From: a virus
IMG/VR virus record: IMGVR_UViG_3300022602_002157
Location: 13,383-77,382 of that record
Direction: 5' to 3' (one strand)
DNA: 64,000 nucleotides
Part shown: positions 19,180 to 29,167 of the stretch, in pieces
Layout of the letters: the number at the start of each line of letters is the position of its first letter
How positions within the stretch are numbered: position 1 is the first letter of the stretch
Position numbers and translations under genes: made by a program
The notes under the pieces: model-generated
Seen by the model: only the letters and a program-made list of their open reading frames with translations
What the model was told of the DNA's origin: nothing
Databases searched by the model: none

Positions 19180-21357
19180 ATGAAACAAATAGTTGTAATG
19201 CCCGGTGGCTTTCACCCCTTTCATGCAGGGCATGCCAGCCTATATCAATCAGCATTAGAAGCATTTCCCGATGCTGATGTATACGTAGCCGCAACTAATG
19301 ATCAAAAGAAAAGACCTTTCCCCTTTGCAATTAAAGAAAAACTAGCAAAGGTAGCAGGCGTTGCTCCTGGCCATTTTGTTCAAGTTAAAAGTCCATTCAA
19401 AGCAGAAGAGATAACAAAAAACTACGATCCTAATGAAGATGTATTAATCTTTGTGCGTAGCGAAAAAGATAAAACAGAACAACCTAAACCAGGTGGTACA
19501 AAGAAAGATGGCAGTCCAGCTTACTTCCAACCATATACCGGCAAGGACCTACAACCATTCAGCAAACATGCATACATTGCATATTTACCAACTATAGAAT
19601 TTGGCCCCGGCATTACAAGTGCTAGTGAGATTCGTGAATTATGGCCTAGACTAAATGACAAACGCAAAACAGCAATGGTAATGAGTTTGTATCCGGCTGC
19701 TCAGAAGAATCCTAAACTTGCGGCTAACATTGTTGGTATGCTAGATCAGGTCATGGGTGGACAAGTTAATGAAGTATTAAATACTAAACCTAATAAAACC
19801 AACAAAGCTACATGGTCAGAACAAACTGAAGACTTGGTTCAATTAAACTTTGTGGCAAGTAATGGTCTTCCGTATAATCTATCTATCACTGCTCTTTATA
19901 TGTCACCAGATGAAATACAAGATTCTGTACCTGAAGAAATACCAAATGAAGTGGCAGAACGTGGTAGATTTGTAGAATTTTTCCAAGAATCTAAACCAGG
20001 CGCTGGATACGGTAAACAAGGAATTGAGGGTACTGGTGCAGCCGCTGAAGTACTTGCTATAGTATACAATGGTCTTAACCAGTACGTTAAAAAATATAAA
20101 CCAACTTTCTTAATGTTTCAAGCAGCAGAGCCTAGTCGTAGACGTTTGTACAGTGCATTAGTTAAAAAAATTCTACAAACTATGCCTAACTGGAAATACA
20201 CTGAAAATGATGGTATATTCTTTGTATATGATACTAGATATATTAAACAAGGTATGAAAGAAGGATTTGGTATCCCAATGCCAGGTACATACGAACAAGA
20301 ACAATTATCAGAATACAAAACTAAAGTACTAGATAAGCCTAAAACAACTAATGTTTATTACAAGCCTAGACATGGTAACAAAACATATTTGATTGGTAAA
20401 GATGTTCCCGGAGAACATATTGACAAATTTATTAATTTAGTAAAACACAAATATGCTGACTTACGTAATGCAGGTAAAGATGAAATCTTTTGGAACGTAG
20501 AAGTAAAAGAAGAAGTTTCATTAGATGCTATTACTGATGCCGCAGCCTATATTCCAAATGCTATCAATGATTATCTACAAAAGGCAATAGCAGTTTATGG
20601 TCAGGAAGCAAAAGAAAGTGCGCAAATGGTTAAATTATTACCATTGATGTACGCAGGCAAAGCAACTCCTGATCAATTAAAATTCATTAAAGATCAATTT
20701 GCAGACATTGGCAACATATTAGGAAAACAATTAAAAACATTAGGTACTGGTAGTGTAACTGGTCCTATTGCCGATGCTATATCAGATTCTCCAGTTGCAC
20801 AAAAAATAATTGACAAAACATTAGATAGTTTAGCAGATATTCCAGAAGAAAAAGGTCTATCAAAAGCAGAAAATTATTTTAAAAATAAATTTGGATTTAG
20901 TTTAGTTGGTAAAGTTGCCAATCTTTTAAAATTTGAAACTAGTAGTGATGTACAATACAAACAACAACAAAAAGCAGATCAGGCAGAAATTAATAAACAA
21001 CAAGCAACACCTCAATCTCAAGCAGTGAATAAGCAAGTCAATACTATGCGTAGACAACAACATTATGCTTATGAAGATGTGGCTAAGGGTAAGATGAAAC
21101 CCATGCATGTTACAGGCAAAGAAAAGCCCGGTGCCGTCGAGACACTAGAAAAGGCATTAGTAAAAGCCAAAGATCGTGGTATCAAATTAGACTATGACAA
21201 AATAGATAAAATGATGCAATTGATTTGTAAAGAACACAACTTAACAGGTGACAAACTACACAATGATTTTGTAAAGAAACATCATATGATCCCAGATAAT
21301 TGGATCAAAAAGCATTCTGATGTTACCGAATCAGTGGATTATTTAGAAGAAAAATAA
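19180..21357 (+). CDS. Multidomain protein with N-terminal HxGH cytidylyl/nucleotidyltransferase-like domain
   Basis: PGGFHPFHAGH and SASEIR. The C-terminal region is a string of modules separated by xxE motifs. Confidence 0.7.
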   Translation: MKQIVVMPGGFHPFHAGHASLYQSALEAFPDADVYVAATNDQKKRPFPFAIKEKLAKVAGVAPGHFVQVKSPFKAEEITKNYDPNEDVLIFVRSEKDKTEQPKPGGTKKDGSPAYFQPYTGKDLQPFSKHAYIAYLPTIEFGPGITSASEIRELWPRLNDKRKTAMVMSLYPAAQKNPKLAANIVGMLDQVMGGQVNEVLNTKPNKTNKATWSEQTEDLVQLNFVASNGLPYNLSITALYMSPDEIQDSVPEEIPNEVAERGRFVEFFQESKPGAGYGKQGIEGTGAAAEVLAIVYNGLNQYVKKYKPTFLMFQAAEPSRRRLYSALVKKILQTMPNWKYTENDGIFFVYDTRYIKQGMKEGFGIPMPGTYEQEQLSEYKTKVLDKPKTTNVYYKPRHGNKTYLIGKDVPGEHIDKFINLVKHKYADLRNAGKDEIFWNVEVKEEVSLDAITDAAAYIPNAINDYLQKAIAVYGQEAKESAQMVKLLPLMYAGKATPDQLKFIKDQFADIGNILGKQLKTLGTGSVTGPIADAISDSPVAQKIIDKTLDSLADIPEEKGLSKAENYFKNKFGFSLVGKVANLLKFETSSDVQYKQQQKADQAEINKQQATPQSQAVNKQVNTMRRQQHYAYEDVAKGKMKPMHVTGKEKPGAVETLEKALVKAKDRGIKLDYDKIDKMMQLICKEHNLTGDKLHNDFVKKHHMIPDNWIKKHSDVTESVDYLEEK

Positions 21358-21378
21358 TTTCACACCCCTCTCACCAAG

Positions 21379-21384
21379 TAAATA
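21379..21384 (+). promoter_or_regulatory. Late-type promoter TAAATA
   Basis: Upstream of the GAGG SD and ATG 21413. Confidence 0.55.
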
Positions 21385-21412
21385 ATAGTACTTGTACAAC
21401 AGAGAGGACTAC

Positions 21413-22345
21413 ATGGCTACAAAGAAAACTAAGGCAACTGGCGCAACTAAGGAAGCAAAGACTGTTCCCGTAGAAAAGGTTCAGGAGATTGCAGAACAGG
21501 CAGCGCAGAAGCCTGCAACAACTGAGGCAACGCCTCAACAAGGACAAATTCAAGTTAACGTAGATTTCTTACGTACTACTAAGGTGCATATTGCTATGCC
21601 CTGCTATGGTGGTATGTTAACTGAATCAACATTCATGAGTTTCATTAAGTGGGCTAACACAGCCCGTCAATTGGGTATTGACTGGACATTAGAAACAATG
21701 GTTAATGAATCACTTATTAGCCGCGCACGTAACACACTTACTGCTAAGTTCTTAGACATGCCCGATGCTACTCACTTGTTTTTCGTAGACGCTGACATTG
21801 GTTGGGAGCCATGGCACTTATTAGTTCTATTGAACCGTGACGTAGACGTTATCGCTGGATTGTATCCAATGAAGACTATGCCTATCAAATGGGTCGTTAA
21901 CGGCTTTGATGGCGCGGAAGAAGGTCCAGATGGATTGCAAGAAGTAAGCAAAGCAGGTACTGGTTTCTTGTTAATGAAGAAGCACGTATTTGGTAAGTTA
22001 AATAGTCACCCAGCAGTTAAGCAGTATAAGAACGACATTGGACTTGATCCAAAGTACGATCAATACTTGAAGACATACTTTGACACAGCAGTTCGTCAGA
22101 ATCGTTACTACAGTGAAGACTGGACATTCTGTGAAAACTGGCGTGATCTAGGCGGTCGTATTTGGGTTGACAAGCGTGTATTATTGCGTCACAGTGGTTC
22201 ATATGTATTCTGTCAAGAAAATCAACAACACTTGATGGACAACATTGGCCCAATGTATGTTGAGGCAAAGAAGGCCCAAGAAGCACAGGCCGCTCAGACT
22301 CTTCAACCAGATAGTAACGGAAACGTTACATTACCAACTACTTGA
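21413..22345 (+). CDS. GT-A fold glycosyltransferase-like protein
   Basis: IAMPCYGG, ESLISRARN, FVDAD (DxD), GTGFLL and SEDWTFC. Confidence 0.75.
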   Translation: MATKKTKATGATKEAKTVPVEKVQEIAEQAAQKPATTEATPQQGQIQVNVDFLRTTKVHIAMPCYGGMLTESTFMSFIKWANTARQLGIDWTLETMVNESLISRARNTLTAKFLDMPDATHLFFVDADIGWEPWHLLVLLNRDVDVIAGLYPMKTMPIKWVVNGFDGAEEGPDGLQEVSKAGTGFLLMKKHVFGKLNSHPAVKQYKNDIGLDPKYDQYLKTYFDTAVRQNRYYSEDWTFCENWRDLGGRIWVDKRVLLRHSGSYVFCQENQQHLMDNIGPMYVEAKKAQEAQAAQTLQPDSNGNVTLPTT

Positions 22346-22366
22346 TACTCTAGTAGTCATGCATGG

Positions 22367-22392
22367 AAAAGCCCCGTAACTGGGGCTTTTTT
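22367..22392 (+). terminator. Intrinsic terminator
   Basis: AAAAGCCCC-GTAACT-GGGGCTTTTTT. Confidence 0.9.
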
Positions 22393-22418
22393 ATTATGTT
22401 CCAAATTAATTTTATTGA

Positions 22419-22424
22419 TAAATA
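22419..22424 (+). promoter_or_regulatory. Late-type promoter TAAATA
   Basis: Between the terminator and ATG 22449. Confidence 0.55.
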
Positions 22425-22448
22425 TAGTATATTATTGGAATTCTCACT

Positions 22449-23207
22449 ATGAAAATCAACGACATCTTTGAATCAACAACAGCAGGATCAATTAGCACCG
22501 TGGCAATGCCAATTGGTGAAGTAAAAAAGCGTGAATCAACTAAAGTTGATGGGCTTGAACCTGTAGCAAAAGCAATCAAGGCCAAGAAAAAAGGCCCTTA
22601 CATGAATAGTCTTATCGAAGGTAAGATGAAAGAATTAGATTACGATCTAAAGAACATGAAGGATGCTGAATTTAAAAAGAAATATAAAATGTCTAAGGCT
22701 GAAATGAATAAAAGCCTAACTGAAGAAGAAGTTATTGAAAGTGATATCATTCTTGTTCCAGGCCAAGGTCGTTCACAAAAAACAGGATTTATTAAACATG
22801 ATCCTGATCGTGCAGAACACGAAGGTGAAACATTAAAGAATAGTCTACACACTATTGCACGTTCGGCAATGAAATTAGATAAACACTTACAGACTAAGGA
22901 TGAATTCCCTGAATGGGTAAGTGAAAAAATTGGCGCTGTTAAAGCCATGATGACTAGTGTAATGCAATATTTAGTGAGCAAGGGTGAAATGCAAGGTGAT
23001 GGTGACCTAGAAGAAGTACGAGCACCAAGCACAGGTGGTACAATTGCAGGTGGCGTTGCTTTTGAAGGTAAAAAAGTTGACCGTTTTGTTAAACATGTTG
23101 AAAAGTCAGAAGAAAAAGCTGGCAAGTCAAAGAAAGATGCTGAGAGCATTGCATGGGCTACTGCTAACAAACGTGGCATGTTAGATAACAAGAATAAGAA
23201 GAAATAA
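22449..23207 (+). CDS. Lys/Glu-rich probable internal head protein
   Basis: N-terminal MKINDIFES resembles T4 capsid-targeting sequences. Motifs PEWVSEKI and IAWATANK. Confidence 0.55.
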   Translation: MKINDIFESTTAGSISTVAMPIGEVKKRESTKVDGLEPVAKAIKAKKKGPYMNSLIEGKMKELDYDLKNMKDAEFKKKYKMSKAEMNKSLTEEEVIESDIILVPGQGRSQKTGFIKHDPDRAEHEGETLKNSLHTIARSAMKLDKHLQTKDEFPEWVSEKIGAVKAMMTSVMQYLVSKGEMQGDGDLEEVRAPSTGGTIAGGVAFEGKKVDRFVKHVEKSEEKAGKSKKDAESIAWATANKRGMLDNKNKKK

Positions 23208-23209
23208 TC

Positions 23210-26200
23210 ATGAGTTCAATATTAAAAGGTATAACCATTAATGAAAGTCTGCAAGATGACTTTATTGAGTTAATGAAGTCTAAAGGTTACAATGTTAAGC
23301 CGCGTGGCAGTATTGAACAACAAAAAGCAGAGCGTGACGCAATGTTGGCACAACGTGCTAAGGATCAGGCCAATGCGCCGGCGCCGGCTGCTCCAAGTCC
23401 AGAAGAAATTGCCAATGCTAAAGAAAAACTAGCACAACTAGAACGTGTGTTTGATAAGAATTATCAATACAGTGATGATCATAGTGTGTGGAGTAAAAAC
23501 CACGATATCGCACAACAAATCGGTAGTCTTAAAAAATTAATTGCACGTGGTGAGCAAGGTGTGGCGGAAGGCTCCGAGAACTTCAACGGCATAGACATTG
23601 ACATGGACCTAGAAGGTGACGAAATCATGGTGCGAGCCATGGCAAATGGTCGTGAACTGGGCCATGTGATTTTTGTGGAAGACGGAGAATATTTACTACC
23701 GCAGGATTTAGAAGTAGACGAACGCTATCAAGGTCAAGGCATTGCCGCTACCATGTACGACTATGTAAAAAGCAAAGGTTATAAAATACGCCGCAGTTGC
23801 CGACAAACAGATGCAGGTGCTGGATTTTGGGCAAAACACCGTCCTAAACAAAATGTCTGGGAACAAGGTGTGGCGGAAGGCTCGGGCATGAATGTAGTCA
23901 AATCAGTCAAGGTAGGAAACTTCAGACACGATTTGGTCAATACTGGAATGGGTTGGCAGGTTCGTATCTATAACGGTGATGAACTTTATGATACTGGGTT
24001 GAGCAAGAACTCTGAAGAAAAAGGTTTAGCCGCATTGGATAACTCAGTGGCATACACTAAAAAGCAACTAAACATTAAAGAGCAAGGTGTAGCGGAAAGT
24101 GAAAATAATAGTATTCCACCCATTGGGATTAATGTGCGAAGCGACGGTGATATTGACTATGCTGATCTAATTGTTGATGGTAAAAAGAAATATGAATCCA
24201 GAAACACTGATAGCCTCAACCCATATGTTGGGAAAACAGTTGGCATTATTAGAACCGGTAGTGGACCCGCAGTTGCAATTGGTCAAGCAACAATAGGCGA
24301 ACCCATAGTAGCAGATGAAGAAAAGTTTAACAAACTTAGAAAAAAGCATCTAGTTCCAAAAGGTAGTAGGTTTGATATAGATAGCAATGGTACAAAATAC
24401 TTGTATCCAATCATTGATCCTGTACGCTGGGACGATGAAAAGTTGGTAAAGCAAAGGGGCATAGTTGCTAGAAAGATCGAAGAGCAAGGAGTGGCGGAAG
24501 GCGTTCCTCAACCTGGTAAATCATCTGGCAAACCTATATCTTGGATTGATCCTACCAAAGTTGTAACAAAATATCTAACGCTAGACGAGATATTCGATTC
24601 AGTATCAGGCATACCATACTATAACAATGTTGTTGATGATCGTGACAAAAAAGACTTTACTTGGGGAGTAACTAAAAGAGTAATTCAATATGCAAAAGAA
24701 TTAGTCACACGACCTGATTCCTACAAAAACTGGCCTCCTATAATAGTCTTAGATGGCAAACTACAGGACGGGGCACATCGTATATCCACTATATACTTGA
24801 TGCAACAAAGAGTTCAGCCAAACGACCCAATTTGGAAAAATGCTAAACTAAAAGTAGAATTTGGATCAAAAAATAATGTAAAGCAAGATATGGCGGAAGG
24901 CTCTTTGAATGAGTTCTCGATGGGCGATGACGGAGAAGATCCAACCGATAACTATCCTTGTTACGATTGCGGTAGCACTATATTCTTGCATCATACTAAA
25001 CTATGTGATTTAGCAGAAGATAATGCCATACGAGATTTGCCAGCAAAACCAGGATCACAACATTGGACTGGTCAAATTCCAAAAGGATTACATCCTATTC
25101 CGGGATTACAGGAAGGACAAGGTGTGGCGGAAGAAAAATGCCCACATTGCGGTGGTGAGTTAGTCAGTGAAGATATGATTAACGAAAAGAAAGATGCCTG
25201 CTACTACAAAGTCAAGAGCCGTTATAAAGTATGGCCCAGTGCATATGCAAGTGGTGCATTAGTTAAGTGCCGCAAAGCTGGTGCTAGTAACTGGGGCAAT
25301 GGTGGAAAGAAAAATGAAAGTTCTATACTAGAAGGTATCGAGCAAGTTGATGAAAACTTACACCAATGGTTCAAAGAAAAGTGGGTACGATTTGGCCCCG
25401 ATGGAAAGATTCGCGGTGACTGTGCTAGAGGTAGTGATAGTGAAGGTAAGCCAAAATGTTTGCCACAAAGTAAAGCACATGCATTAGGTAAAAAAGGTCG
25501 TGCAAGTGCCGCTGCCAGAAAACGCAGAGAGGATCCTAATCCAGAACGTCATGGCCCAGCACACAATGTTGCCACTAAAAAGAAATCAAATGAAGCCGCT
25601 AATCCAGCACAACAGGCTGCTATTGCTATCAATATGAAAAAGCATCATCAAAAGCCAAAGAATGAGGCTGTTGGTGATGTCGATTTAGAATCAGCATATA
25701 GACGAGCCTTAGAAATTACAAAACAAATTAAGTATGATGACACTGCAACACAAATCATTGTAGAAATTCAAATGCTTGCAGAAAAAACAGGCATCGATAT
25801 GAAACAACTTAATTGGGCTATTGATGATGTGCGTGAAGCAAAAAATCAATTAGAAAGCGCCGTATATGGTCTTGATGAAGTATTCAAAGAGGCTATGGAA
25901 CAACAGCAATATCGTGATGAAGAAGGTATTGACGAAGATACAGCATATGGCGGTGGTATGGGTCAAGGTCACACAGGACAATCATATCGTAAGTTTACTC
26001 CAAAGAGTGCAGGTACATTTAATGAAATGGATAGTTTCGATAACGGAACACACTATACACCTAAAATGGCAGGCACGTTTAAAGAAAGCAAATTAAAAGA
26101 AGAGCCAGATACATCAGGCCCAATTGGAACACAACCGGGTGGTTGGAGAACATATAGAGCAAAAAGTGCCGGCACAAAAATGAAAAAAGAAAGTTCTATT

Positions 26201-26368
26201 ATGAAAGGTCTTAAAGAGACTGATAGTACAGGAACTAGTGTAGGTTCAGCAGGTGCAGGTGGTGGTGCAATGGTAGGTGGCCCAACAACATACGAACAAG
26301 AGTTTGATCCTTTCAAGCGTAAGGGCGCAAGACGTATTACAGCAATGACATATGAAGGCAAAAAATAA
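23210..26368 (+). CDS. Modular polyprotein-like protein (GNAT, ASCH, ParB-like and Zn-finger modules separated by QGVAE(G) repeats)
   Basis: EVDERYQGQGIA (GNAT motif A); YADLIVDGKKKYESR (ASCH); PPIIV...DGAHRI (ParB/Srx); CYDC..H..C; CPHC; six linker repeats. Confidence 0.75.
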   Translation: MSSILKGITINESLQDDFIELMKSKGYNVKPRGSIEQQKAERDAMLAQRAKDQANAPAPAAPSPEEIANAKEKLAQLERVFDKNYQYSDDHSVWSKNHDIAQQIGSLKKLIARGEQGVAEGSENFNGIDIDMDLEGDEIMVRAMANGRELGHVIFVEDGEYLLPQDLEVDERYQGQGIAATMYDYVKSKGYKIRRSCRQTDAGAGFWAKHRPKQNVWEQGVAEGSGMNVVKSVKVGNFRHDLVNTGMGWQVRIYNGDELYDTGLSKNSEEKGLAALDNSVAYTKKQLNIKEQGVAESENNSIPPIGINVRSDGDIDYADLIVDGKKKYESRNTDSLNPYVGKTVGIIRTGSGPAVAIGQATIGEPIVADEEKFNKLRKKHLVPKGSRFDIDSNGTKYLYPIIDPVRWDDEKLVKQRGIVARKIEEQGVAEGVPQPGKSSGKPISWIDPTKVVTKYLTLDEIFDSVSGIPYYNNVVDDRDKKDFTWGVTKRVIQYAKELVTRPDSYKNWPPIIVLDGKLQDGAHRISTIYLMQQRVQPNDPIWKNAKLKVEFGSKNNVKQDMAEGSLNEFSMGDDGEDPTDNYPCYDCGSTIFLHHTKLCDLAEDNAIRDLPAKPGSQHWTGQIPKGLHPIPGLQEGQGVAEEKCPHCGGELVSEDMINEKKDACYYKVKSRYKVWPSAYASGALVKCRKAGASNWGNGGKKNESSILEGIEQVDENLHQWFKEKWVRFGPDGKIRGDCARGSDSEGKPKCLPQSKAHALGKKGRASAAARKRREDPNPERHGPAHNVATKKKSNEAANPAQQAAIAINMKKHHQKPKNEAVGDVDLESAYRRALEITKQIKYDDTATQIIVEIQMLAEKTGIDMKQLNWAIDDVREAKNQLESAVYGLDEVFKEAMEQQQYRDEEGIDEDTAYGGGMGQGHTGQSYRKFTPKSAGTFNEMDSFDNGTHYTPKMAGTFKESKLKEEPDTSGPIGTQPGGWRTYRAKSAGTKMKKESSIMKGLKETDSTGTSVGSAGAGGGAMVGGPTTYEQEFDPFKRKGARRITAMTYEGKK
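23552..25134 (+). repeat. Six dispersed in-frame ~20-bp direct repeats, consensus GAGCAAGGTGTGGCGGAAGGCTC
   Basis: Copies start at 23552, 23861, 24080, 24482, 24881 and 25115. The spacers (~0.2-0.4 kb) are unrelated to each other. Confidence 0.92.
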
Positions 26369-26808
26369 TGTTAGCAGATCAATTAAAAGTTTTATTAGGT
26401 AGTACATTTGTAGTTTATACAAAAACACATGGATTTCACTGGAATATTGAAGGCCCTGATTTCCCACAGTATCATAAGTTTTTGAAAAAAATGTATGAAG
26501 AAACTTATGAAACAATAGATGTTATTGCTGAATACATTAGAACATTAGATAGTTATAGCCCAGGTAGTTTAGGTCGTATGCTTGAACTAACTATCATTGA
26601 AGAACAATATAAAATTCCACGTGCTGAGTTAATGTTAGCAGAACTATTAGCAGACTGTGAAAAAATGATTGCGTTAGTTGTAGAAATTTTTAATGTTGCT
26701 ACGCAAGAAAATCAACAAGGCATTGCAAATTACATGGCAGAGTTACAAGACCTTTATTCACAGAAGGCTTGGATGTTAAAAGCAACACTTAAGAAACAAC
26801 GTGCATAA
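26368..26808 (+). CDS. dps: Dps / mini-ferritin
   Basis: HGFHWNIEGPDFPQYH, DxIAExI and WML. Confidence 0.9.
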   Translation: MLADQLKVLLGSTFVVYTKTHGFHWNIEGPDFPQYHKFLKKMYEETYETIDVIAEYIRTLDSYSPGSLGRMLELTIIEEQYKIPRAELMLAELLADCEKMIALVVEIFNVATQENQQGIANYMAELQDLYSQKAWMLKATLKKQRA

Positions 26809-27278
26809 TGAAACCCAGTGAAATTGTTGACGAGTACAAAGTAGACAATAAAGAAGGTTGGGGTGCAGTACCTTATAATCAAGACGTTGATTACTTTGGC
26901 TTACGTGTATTAATGAAACCTAGCACATTTTTAAAACTAGCATTACCATTAAATGCTCCTGTTAGTGTGAACAAAATTATCAAACATTTAGAAGGTGGTG
27001 GTTCATTAGGGGCGCCCTTTTTAGATATATCTATTCCAATGAATTGGGACAATGGAGATTTCAGCGAACCTGCTAAAGTCAAAGGACATGAAGGTAGAAA
27101 TCGTATGATGGCTATTCAACATGTCGATGGTGATAAACCTGTTGAAGTTCATATCTTCCCTAAGGGAGGATATCGTAACAGAGATATGACACCTGATTTT
27201 GTAAAAAACTTAAATAAACACTTGACAAATCAAGCCGGCACTGATATAATCAAGGGACCGTTGTTTACTGTAGAGTAA
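26808..27278 (+). CDS. ParB/Srx-like domain protein
   Basis: GHEGRNR motif; N-terminal MKPSEIVDE. Confidence 0.55.
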   Translation: MKPSEIVDEYKVDNKEGWGAVPYNQDVDYFGLRVLMKPSTFLKLALPLNAPVSVNKIIKHLEGGGSLGAPFLDISIPMNWDNGDFSEPAKVKGHEGRNRMMAIQHVDGDKPVEVHIFPKGGYRNRDMTPDFVKNLNKHLTNQAGTDIIKGPLFTVE

Positions 27279-27280
27279 TC

Positions 27281-27877
27281 ATGAACCGAAAAGATTATAC
27301 AAATTTTTTACAAAAGAATTTTCTACCACAAGATTTGTTTGATTCTTTGTTACAAACTAAAGAATCATATGTGACTAGAAAAAATATTTTTGTAAATGCT
27401 GATGAAACTATAGAATATGTTGATGAAGGCTCAGAAGGTTGGGTTCGTAATCGCGCCACTGATTTAGATGCATTATCTCCCATCTTTAATGAATATTTTA
27501 TTCAATTATTTAAAACAACTAAACAACGTCTAATACAAGAGGGAGCAGTAAACCCTAGATTACACGGAGTACGTTTTTATCGTAACAATGAATCTATGCC
27601 CTGGCATAAAGATTATAACGTAGAAGAAATCCCCGAACTTAAAAGATTACTTACAGTTTATATGATAAATCCTGTTCTTCCTCAAGAACAATATGATAAA
27701 TTTATAGTAAGTGTTTATCCAAACAGTCCCGGACATTGGGGATTGGGATTTAAAACTGATTTAGAACCAAACTTAATTTTAGGACACAATCAATTATTTG
27801 GTCATGAATTTATTAATTCTGGAGCACCATATGACGTAAATCGTGATGTTTTAACTATGCTTTGGTGGGACGAATAA
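27281..27877 (+). CDS. 2OG-Fe(II) oxygenase-like protein
   Basis: WHKD (HxD), a distal H (GHE) and R before the final strand. Confidence 0.55.
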   Translation: MNRKDYTNFLQKNFLPQDLFDSLLQTKESYVTRKNIFVNADETIEYVDEGSEGWVRNRATDLDALSPIFNEYFIQLFKTTKQRLIQEGAVNPRLHGVRFYRNNESMPWHKDYNVEEIPELKRLLTVYMINPVLPQEQYDKFIVSVYPNSPGHWGLGFKTDLEPNLILGHNQLFGHEFINSGAPYDVNRDVLTMLWWDE

Positions 27878-27920
27878 AATAAATAATATGATAAATACTA
27901 TTTGAATCAGGGAAACTATT

Positions 27921-28259
27921 ATGAAAATTAATGAACTTTTTGAAAGCAAGCACGATGAATGGGATGAGGACGATGTTCCTAGTGTTCCTAGTGATCCTGA
28001 TTCAGACAAAATTCCTCATATTCTAATGCAAATGAAAAAAGCAATAGATGTACAGGGCAATTATCCTATCACATTTAAAGATGGCACTAAGACAAAAATT
28101 CCTCTTAGTGATATCGTTAAGTTTGTAGAAAAATACGTAACCCTTAAACCCATGGACCGCGAAAAAATGCAAGACGTAGCAGGTCAAAGCAAAGAAAACT
28201 TTGACATGATTCTAAAACATTTCCGCGGCGAAACAGCACCAAAGAGTATTTACCAATGA
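27921..28259 (+). CDS. Probable internal head protein
   Basis: MKINELFES start; TAAATA at 27892-27897. Confidence 0.55.
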   Translation: MKINELFESKHDEWDEDDVPSVPSDPDSDKIPHILMQMKKAIDVQGNYPITFKDGTKTKIPLSDIVKFVEKYVTLKPMDREKMQDVAGQSKENFDMILKHFRGETAPKSIYQ

Positions 28260-29089
28260 AAAAAATTATTTTAATGTTATCATTAGTCCTATCAGGACTA
28301 ATCTATAGTACACCTAGTTTTGCTTGGAATCAGCGTCAGCCATTCCCAGTACAGCAATGTCAAGCACATGCCCCATATGGCTTTCCTAATGCACAAGGTG
28401 TACAACCATTGTGTCAGCAAGCGTATCTAGTTGGTTACGATGCGGCTGCAAAACTTCCTAAATTTGTAACTTATGAACTACTTCCACAAAACGCTATTGG
28501 CTGTGTTGCTCGCACAAATGCTTTTGCTACTAATCAATTTGTACCAAATGGAGCCACTCCCGGCGATTACGCTGGTACAGGATACGACAAAGGGCACATG
28601 GCTCCAGATGGAGACTTATCATGGGACACTCAAGTTGAATTTGAATCCTTTTTAATGACTAACATGAGTCCACAAGCAGGCTCATTAAATCGCGGTATTT
28701 GGAAGTTGTTAGAAACTAGTGTACGTGGTTGGGCAGTACAGCGCAATCAAAGTTACACAGTTTATGTTGGTGGTATCTATGGCCCCGGCGACAAGACAAT
28801 TGGTAAGGGCGTAGTTGTTCCTCATGCTTTCTATAAGATTGTTATCAACAATCAAACTAAAGAGATTGCAGGTTGGGCATTCCCACACGTTGCACCATAT
28901 CCTAACTTAGGTAATGATTTAACTAAGTTCCGTGTTCCAGTACAACAGATTGAACAGCAAGCAGGTGTTCAATATGCATTCCCACAAGGTGCAATTGAAT
29001 TGCAACCTGGCAAAGAATGGCCTGTTGACTTCGGTGCTCTTACAAATGCAAAACGTGCCAAATGCGGCGCAAATGCAAGTAACGATTGA
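28256..29089 (+). CDS. Secreted DNA/RNA non-specific endonuclease (NucA/EndoG family)
   Basis: Signal peptide; GYDKGHMAP, TNMSPQ, NRGIWKLLE and VPHAFYK. Confidence 0.9.
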   Translation: MKKIILMLSLVLSGLIYSTPSFAWNQRQPFPVQQCQAHAPYGFPNAQGVQPLCQQAYLVGYDAAAKLPKFVTYELLPQNAIGCVARTNAFATNQFVPNGATPGDYAGTGYDKGHMAPDGDLSWDTQVEFESFLMTNMSPQAGSLNRGIWKLLETSVRGWAVQRNQSYTVYVGGIYGPGDKTIGKGVVVPHAFYKIVINNQTKEIAGWAFPHVAPYPNLGNDLTKFRVPVQQIEQQAGVQYAFPQGAIELQPGKEWPVDFGALTNAKRAKCGANASND

Positions 29090-29159
29090 TAATCAATATC
29101 CGGTGTATCCTGAGGACGATGGCACAGATCGTCCCAGGAACCCATACAGCCCAGTATAG
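29073..29159 (+). CDS. Possible 28-aa peptide
   Basis: MQVTIDNQYPVYPEDDGTDRPRNPYSPV* fills the gap to the next SD. It has no strong SD of its own. Confidence 0.3.
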   Translation: MQVTIDNQYPVYPEDDGTDRPRNPYSPV

Positions 29160-29167
29160 GAGTCTCA

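Noticed and set aside
23552-25134. Repeat-spacer pattern read as a CRISPR array
   Set aside because: Spacers are 200-400 bp, in frame and protein-coding; the repeats are degenerate and non-palindromic; there are no cas genes.
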